From contig OZ037772.1 in NCBI GenBank assembly GCA_964035545.1, forward strand, positions 7,114,889 through 7,178,888: a DNA stretch of 64,000 bases, read 5' to 3'. This DNA is from Bugula neritina. Its lineage: Eukaryota; Animalia; Bryozoa. The notes under the pieces were generated by a model, which saw only the letters and a program-made list of their open reading frames with translations, was not told the DNA's origin and searched no databases. Shown here piece after piece: positions 58,601 to 64,000 of this stretch. Both the position numbers and the translations under genes were made by a program. Each line of letters begins with the position of its first letter. Within the stretch, counting starts at the first letter, position 1.

Positions 58601-59780
58601 TTTGTACAGGAAGTCATCGACTGTTGACATCCTCATAGGGTTAGACAATGCGCACATGATGCCAGAAAGGACAGTGGTCAAGACAGAACAAGGATTAAGG
58701 ATTATGGAAAACACATTCGGAATTATGTTGCAGGGGCCGATGACTGATTCAATTCGATCCTCTTCAAGATGTAATGTGACACAAATTGAAGGCAGCGATC
58801 GGGTTTCTCATGGAGCTCGTGAGCTTCAAGTACAAAGCAATGTTAACGCTCATGAGAACTTAGAAGTATTGGAAGAAATACTGCCTGAGCACTATCTACA
58901 AAGTCACAGTGTAAATGGGCTTGGTCACAGTAGTGAAGTTAGTCATTCAGTGTCTGGCACAAGTTCCAGCCAACCACCTGAATCTCAGTTAGGTCTCTCG
59001 CAAGTGAAACGAGAGGAAGGCGAAGCTGATACTGAGCATCCAACAACGTTGTTGCTGCAGACTTCAGATAGTTCAGCAGATGAGCATGACCTCCAGTCTG
59101 ATGACAGCAACCAATCCGTCATTCCTTCCACAGTAGAAATAGACGAGTCCAACAAACTACTGAATTGTGAAGAAAATACTGCTCAAGTTTTTATCTCTTT
59201 TTGGAAGTGCGAAAACTTTCTGAAAGAACCAGAAGTAAAATTGAAAGAAGTCACTCCTCAAGATCCACACCAACAAAAAGTCTTCACAAATCCAGTGTAT
59301 GATAAATCTCAAGCAAGTACTGCAAGACATTTTTACAAGGCTAAAATAGGAAAGATTCAAATTGCTACGGAAGGTAAAGTGGATGAGTGGTGGTGGATTA
59401 AGAGCAATAGCAATTTATCGGATTGGGTTAGCAGAAAGTTAAAAATCATTATAGCAACGCCCAGTGATCATAGAGAAAGTTGGAAATGTAGTGGCAGTAG
59501 CAGACAATTTCAGTACAATACGAAACATTTAGAGTTGGCTCAGGGGTTGGGGTTCGTACAGGGTGCGAAGAGGCCGGGTGATTCATGCGGTGCAGAACCT
59601 GGCATTGCTTGTCTCTGTCGATTAGGTGCGCTTTTAGGTTCGTGTCGGTGCCAGACCAAACAATCATTTTACACTAAATTTAACAGTGAGGTTTGCAATA
59701 TATCTGATAAGCCAAATAGTATTTTTGCTTACTGTTTAGTATTCTTTTACATTCTAATGTTATGTTTTTGTTGCCATTAA
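55645..59780 (+). pseudogene. BEL/Pao gag-protease ORF (~1125 codons once the MITE is removed; one premature TAA at 57759)
   Basis: PTFSG..REWPEF...W (BEL gag), three Cys/His knuckles, YDSGSNSSYI...VDILIG aspartic protease, and a short RNase H-like remnant (WWWIKSNSNLSDWVSR). Confidence 0.88.
56824..57579. mobile_element. 756-bp MITE / non-autonomous DNA transposon, 19-bp perfect TIR, TA TSD
   Basis: TA|CACAGGATAGTTAAGGGCA...TGCCCTTAACTATCCTGTG|TA. Internal repeats TTCAGTACCAGTAAAATA x2 and TTTCTCCAGTGTAA x2. Superfamily (Tc1/mariner or EnSpm-like) not resolved. Confidence 0.92.
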
Positions 59781-62339
59781 TTTTTATTCTACTGCTATTT
59801 TTTGATTAAATTAGAAATTCAATTTAATCAACCCTGCCCCTCCGGTGTTTCAGTAGCTTTTTGGCAGCTTTCCAAAAACCATTGTGTAACGAAAGCTATT
59901 TGTGAAAGCTTTCGCAATAGCTATTTACTGACAGTTTTGGGTTGATGAGTCAGTGTAGCTCAGTTTTCCTCCTGCTAAAGATGCAGGCAATCTATACTTA
60001 ATTGTCAAAATAATTGAGAGTATTAAGTATTATATTATCTTTTGTTTTGAACTTCAATAACTAAATGTTTTGTCAGCTATGTAATTAATGTTAAGTTAAC
60101 AACATGTTTGTTATTTTCATGGTTATAGGTTACAGTAAAGTAAAGTAAAGTAAAGTAAAGTAAAGTAAAATACGAGTAAAGTATGAATTCAAATGTGAGT
60201 CTGAGTTCAAATATACTGTTGGCAATAGACAAAAAATAGAGTTGTGGCCTGCATCTGTGTCCTCCATCCATCTCCCTTCATTAAGTGAATTACAATACAT
60301 GGGCATCCGTGCCAAACAGCATCCGTGCTGACACAATGGTTCACAAAACAAATGTAAAGTAAACCAAGAATCCTTTGTTCTCATTCTGTCCAAAAGTCGG
60401 GGGCATGATTATTAGTCTTTCGATAATCGAAGTGCCGACTTTCGGCAAGATAGAATTACATAATTAAAAACAGTTGTCACAAAGAACTATTTATTATGCT
60501 AAAATCTTTACCAATAATCACAATACCTAGGGCATTAGAAAACTCCCTTAAGCTTAGCTATAATTGAAAGCATTTAAAGTTACGCCAAGAGCTTAGTTAG
60601 AAAGACAGTATTCAAAACGATACACAATAAGTAATTATAATGCTGAAGCACATAGTTACTAGAACTTTCCAGAACCTCGTGGTGACAACTCTCAAGATCC
60701 ATCACACAAGAAAAGATAGATTACATAATTGATAGTAGTAGCACACTACTTGGTTAAGCAAGCACCACTTTGCGACAACGTGGAGCTCGCGCATCACAAT
60801 CCTTATATACACGCAAAGCTGGTATAAGATACTAATGATTAAACGATCATTATCCAATCTAAGTGTGTTGATCATCAAATAGCTACGAGATAGTGTGGCG
60901 TATCATAGTGATAACTTCTAAGTACTACGCTAATATAACAGAGCGTAGTATGAGAGTTGTGTCATTTCTGATGAAACTGCAATTCTTTGATCTCCTTCCT
61001 ACTGGAAGGTATGGCTGATGATAAGCCAAGCCATCAGAAGTCAAAGAAAGGACGAGCCAAAAGCACAAGCAGGATATTTAACACAGTGCCGGCGACAACA
61101 GTCTGGTGTCGACGTCAAGCGGAAATTGTTGAAGAACGATAAAAGAAATCACAAAACACACAAAAGAAAAGATAAAACTTACAGCACCATTAGCAATGTC
61201 TGCAAAAGGCAGAGTAAAACATAAAGTTTTACTCTTAACGCGTTGCCAAAGTAAGAGTAATATGAATATATATATACACAAAGATAATAGTTGAAAATTG
61301 GGACAAGAAGATGATGTTGAGCTTTCACTTTGAGTTACGTCACCACCAGCCGGCCACAGCCACTGAGAAAGAAAAAAAGGCATCCTTTGACAGCTAGCTT
61401 ACTATAGAATAATAACATCCACGATGTCTAAACTGGAAGTGGAACTTTGTCTCCTCTTGACAGAAATCGAGGATAGACAGAAAAATGGGGAGGAGAATTA
61501 CAGTCGGCCAAGCCATCCACACGAGCTGCAGATCTGTGTGGCATGTGTGGGTTGATCCAGGCGGCTCATTAGGCATGAAATAACTCAACGAAATGCTGGC
61601 TGTTGTCATAGATCGGGCGAACGTAAGGGGGTGACTGCGGGGCTAGTAGTCGTGGAGACAGGTCTTCTAGTTCTCACAACCTCCGAGAACTAAAAACATT
61701 CTCACCTGCAACAAAGCATATAGATTCTACTGGAATCACATACTCTCCTGTAGGAGACTCCACCAGTCAGTACAACACTCCGACCAAGTTAAGTAATCAA
61801 TCAACCTCCTGATTTTAATAAATCATCGGGTGATTATTCATCTCCAAGTTGCCAGTGAAATCATCTCACATCAAGAGTTTCAACTCTATCATTATGACAA
61901 AGTGAGACCGCAGTTGGCTACTAGGCTAAATTGTAATTAAATAAAAGAATTTCACAAGTAGACTTATCTTTACCACAGTCGCCGGGCGAGTCACACTGTC
62001 GACTTAGAGCTCCGTAGTCGCCAGCTGACACAAGTGCGTGCTCTCACTCTAAAAGTTACACTTGAAAAGGGCGCTCCACTTGGTGAGAGTGATCATGCAA
62101 TAATCCCTCGGCCAGTAAGCTGGCTCCGCCTCACTGTGTTCCCAATTGGAAGAGTTTCCGATATTCCGGCTTGGAAACGCACTCTTAATTGTTGGTCTCA
62201 GATTTCTATTGCAACGACTTTCCACAGACAGAATAACATGTCTGTCTACCAAGTCACAAAAGAAATATTTAAAATAAGATGGAAGAGCCATAGTATATGT
62301 TGACTACGTTCCAACATTACTGGGAGAGCTGTTGCACCT

Positions 62340-64000
62340 GGTTAATCCACAACTATGAGTGGTGTCTCTGATGTGGGGAGTTCCGCCAGTGCGGGTGGGT
62401 CCTTGACAGCTCCATTACCCTCATTATTTAAAGAAGTATCGGTCTGATTTGGGACTGCAGGTGCGTCGGCCAGCTCTACTGGCGGTGCGGCTGGTTACGG
62501 TCGGTCCGGCAGCTTGCGGCCGCCTCTTCCAGTCTCTGTACTAAAACCTCCAACTCCCTGTCGGCCCTAGCCCTCTCTTTCAAGTTGGGACGTCACATAA
62601 GTTCCAAAAGTAGAGGAACCTGCCCTGCTGCATCAGTGCTCGTCAGATATGGAATCAGGCGGGCCTTGTTCTCGATCAACACTTGACCTGAAAGTTCCAA
62701 CTTAAATGTGTAATTGGGCATCACCTCCGTTACGCAATAAGGATTCACAAACTTTAGCTGTAATTTAGCTGCTGCACGGAGTAGAACTTCCCTACTAACA
62801 AACCAGGCAACAACTCCACCGGCTCCGTGAAGAGGTTCACGCATTCTATCAGAAACTCTCCATGCTCGTCAAGCCGGTTCAGGCTGTTTGCAATCTGAAC
62901 TCTTTTAACTGCTTCTTCCGCCACTCCTCAGTCAGAGATTTTCTTACAGTTCACTTTGCAGCGAACTGTAGTGTAGGAGCGTCCAGAAAAAGTGAGGCGC
63001 CGCACCACCTGCACTTCTCTCACCAAGGGCCTGTGAAACTTATTAATTCAAGGAAGCTCACACCCAGCCAACATCACTGCCAACTTGTTACAGTCAATGT
63101 GGCAATTGTGTCTCTTTAGGAACGGCATCCCTAAGATGGCATCTTTCTTCAGCTGACTGACGATGAACGTTTCACCGATCACCAGATTGCAGACTCGTCC
63201 TGTCAGCTCACTCACTCTATAGAATGGAATGCACGACCCGTCCGCTAATGCGCTGTGCTCCTCTTTGTATGGTTCCAGGTTAGCCCCGTCTCATGTACCT
63301 ATTGGGTCAAAATTACGCCGGCTCAGGCGATTGGTAGTACACCTGATGTCCAACAGGAATGTTGCAGCTTTGCCGGCAAGCTTGCTTGGCAGGAGACAAC
63401 TGCTTTCAAAAGTCTGGGTGCTCACTAAGCGGATTGTCTTTGGAGACGACACTTCATATGCATAGAGTTTGGGATGCACCTGTGATTTCCTGTTGCGAGG
63501 TTTCTGAGGTCTCGTAGGCAACTAACGGAAATCTTGGCCCTGCCGTCACTCTTCGTACACTCCTTCCTCTTGCAATCCTTCAAAGCGATTTTTGAGTGGC
63601 CAAACCAGGGGTTTCGCAAACCTTGCGATCTGCTAACTTTCCGTGGGTCTTGCCACTCCGGCGAAGGCAGTCTTCTTACCCTGTTGAACTTGGGCCTTGG
63701 CCTTAATCCCGGAAGATTAAACCAAAACCAATGATTGGCGGATTATAGCGTGGGCCATATAAGTTCAACGGTTTCCTTCCACCAAGAAGACAGCTTCGAA
63801 GAAAATATCCTCCACTACCACACCCCCAACAAGTAGGGGTGCGTCTCCCAGCGGCATCTGTCAGCAACCTAGCAGGTCGCTCCACTTTTGATTGTTGCCG
63901 CAGACGCCTTATTTTGGCTGGCTATAAGCGACTTGCACCAGCCATTCAACTATCGTTGCGTGTTCTCGCAAAGGTGTCTTAGGAGCCCGCCTAAGCCCTT
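62340..64000 (-). mobile_element. Ty3/Gypsy remnant 4 (gag knuckle, protease, integrase C-terminus), running off the window
   Basis: CWGCGSGGYFLRSC knuckle, LAGKAATFLLD...TTN.LS protease and KLQ.KFV.PY.VTEV.PN.T integrase tail. It is related to remnants 1 and 3. Confidence 0.82.

Larger units (their letters stand above)
55115..60335 (+). mobile_element. BEL/Pao LTR retrotransposon, non-autonomous (no RT or integrase), recent insertion
   Basis: 490-bp TG...CA LTRs at 55115-55604 and 59846-60335 with about 6 mismatches by eye. 5-bp TSD ATGGT at 55110-55114 and 60336-60340. Confidence 0.93.
50320..60706 (-). mobile_element. Ty3/Gypsy remnant 3: gag ~54850-54000, protease/RT/RNase H ~53650-51400; 5' LTR 60706-54924 split by the BEL insertion; partial 3' LTR ~50603-50320
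   Basis: CWECGALGHVRRHC knuckle, FLLDTG protease, WRFCVDY.RLN / LDLLSG RT and LDTDA RNase H. Segments 50323-50603 and 60426-60706 are alignable direct repeats starting TG on the minus strand. Confidence 0.85.

Noticed and set aside
60707-62340. env-like or extra ORF downstream of Gypsy pol (also 34400-35250)
   Set aside because: Only short broken ORFs and very weak mutual similarity; no recognisable motif.

Overview
AT-rich, intron-containing animal (probably invertebrate) genomic DNA; the species cannot be determined from the sequence. Host genes: three paralogues of a TRIM-type E3 ligase (RING, B-box1, B-box2, coiled coil, C-terminal NHL-like beta-propeller). Copy 1 (+) is 5'-truncated by the window edge; copies 2 and 3 (-) are complete 7-exon genes. 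There is also an unidentified 6-exon gene and a short ZASP/PDLIM-type PDZ-only gene. The rest is mostly mobile DNA: a decayed intron-containing piggyBac carrying a long-TIR insert; half of a Polinton/Maverick (adintovirus-like) provirus inside intron 5 of TRIM copy 2; four decayed Ty3/Gypsy elements; an Academ-like remnant; and a young RT-less BEL/Pao element (490-bp LTRs, ATGGT TSD) that contains a MITE and sits in a Gypsy LTR. The strongest candidate for an undescribed system is the TRIM array: its propeller exon alternates near-invariant framework blocks with short, highly divergent patches, as in a diversified immune-receptor family. Second is the Polinton's large-DNA-virus-like promoter pattern (TAAATG starts, AAAATTGA) together with a cassette of fibre-like ORFs. 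All exon calls and family assignments were made by eye, without database searches.
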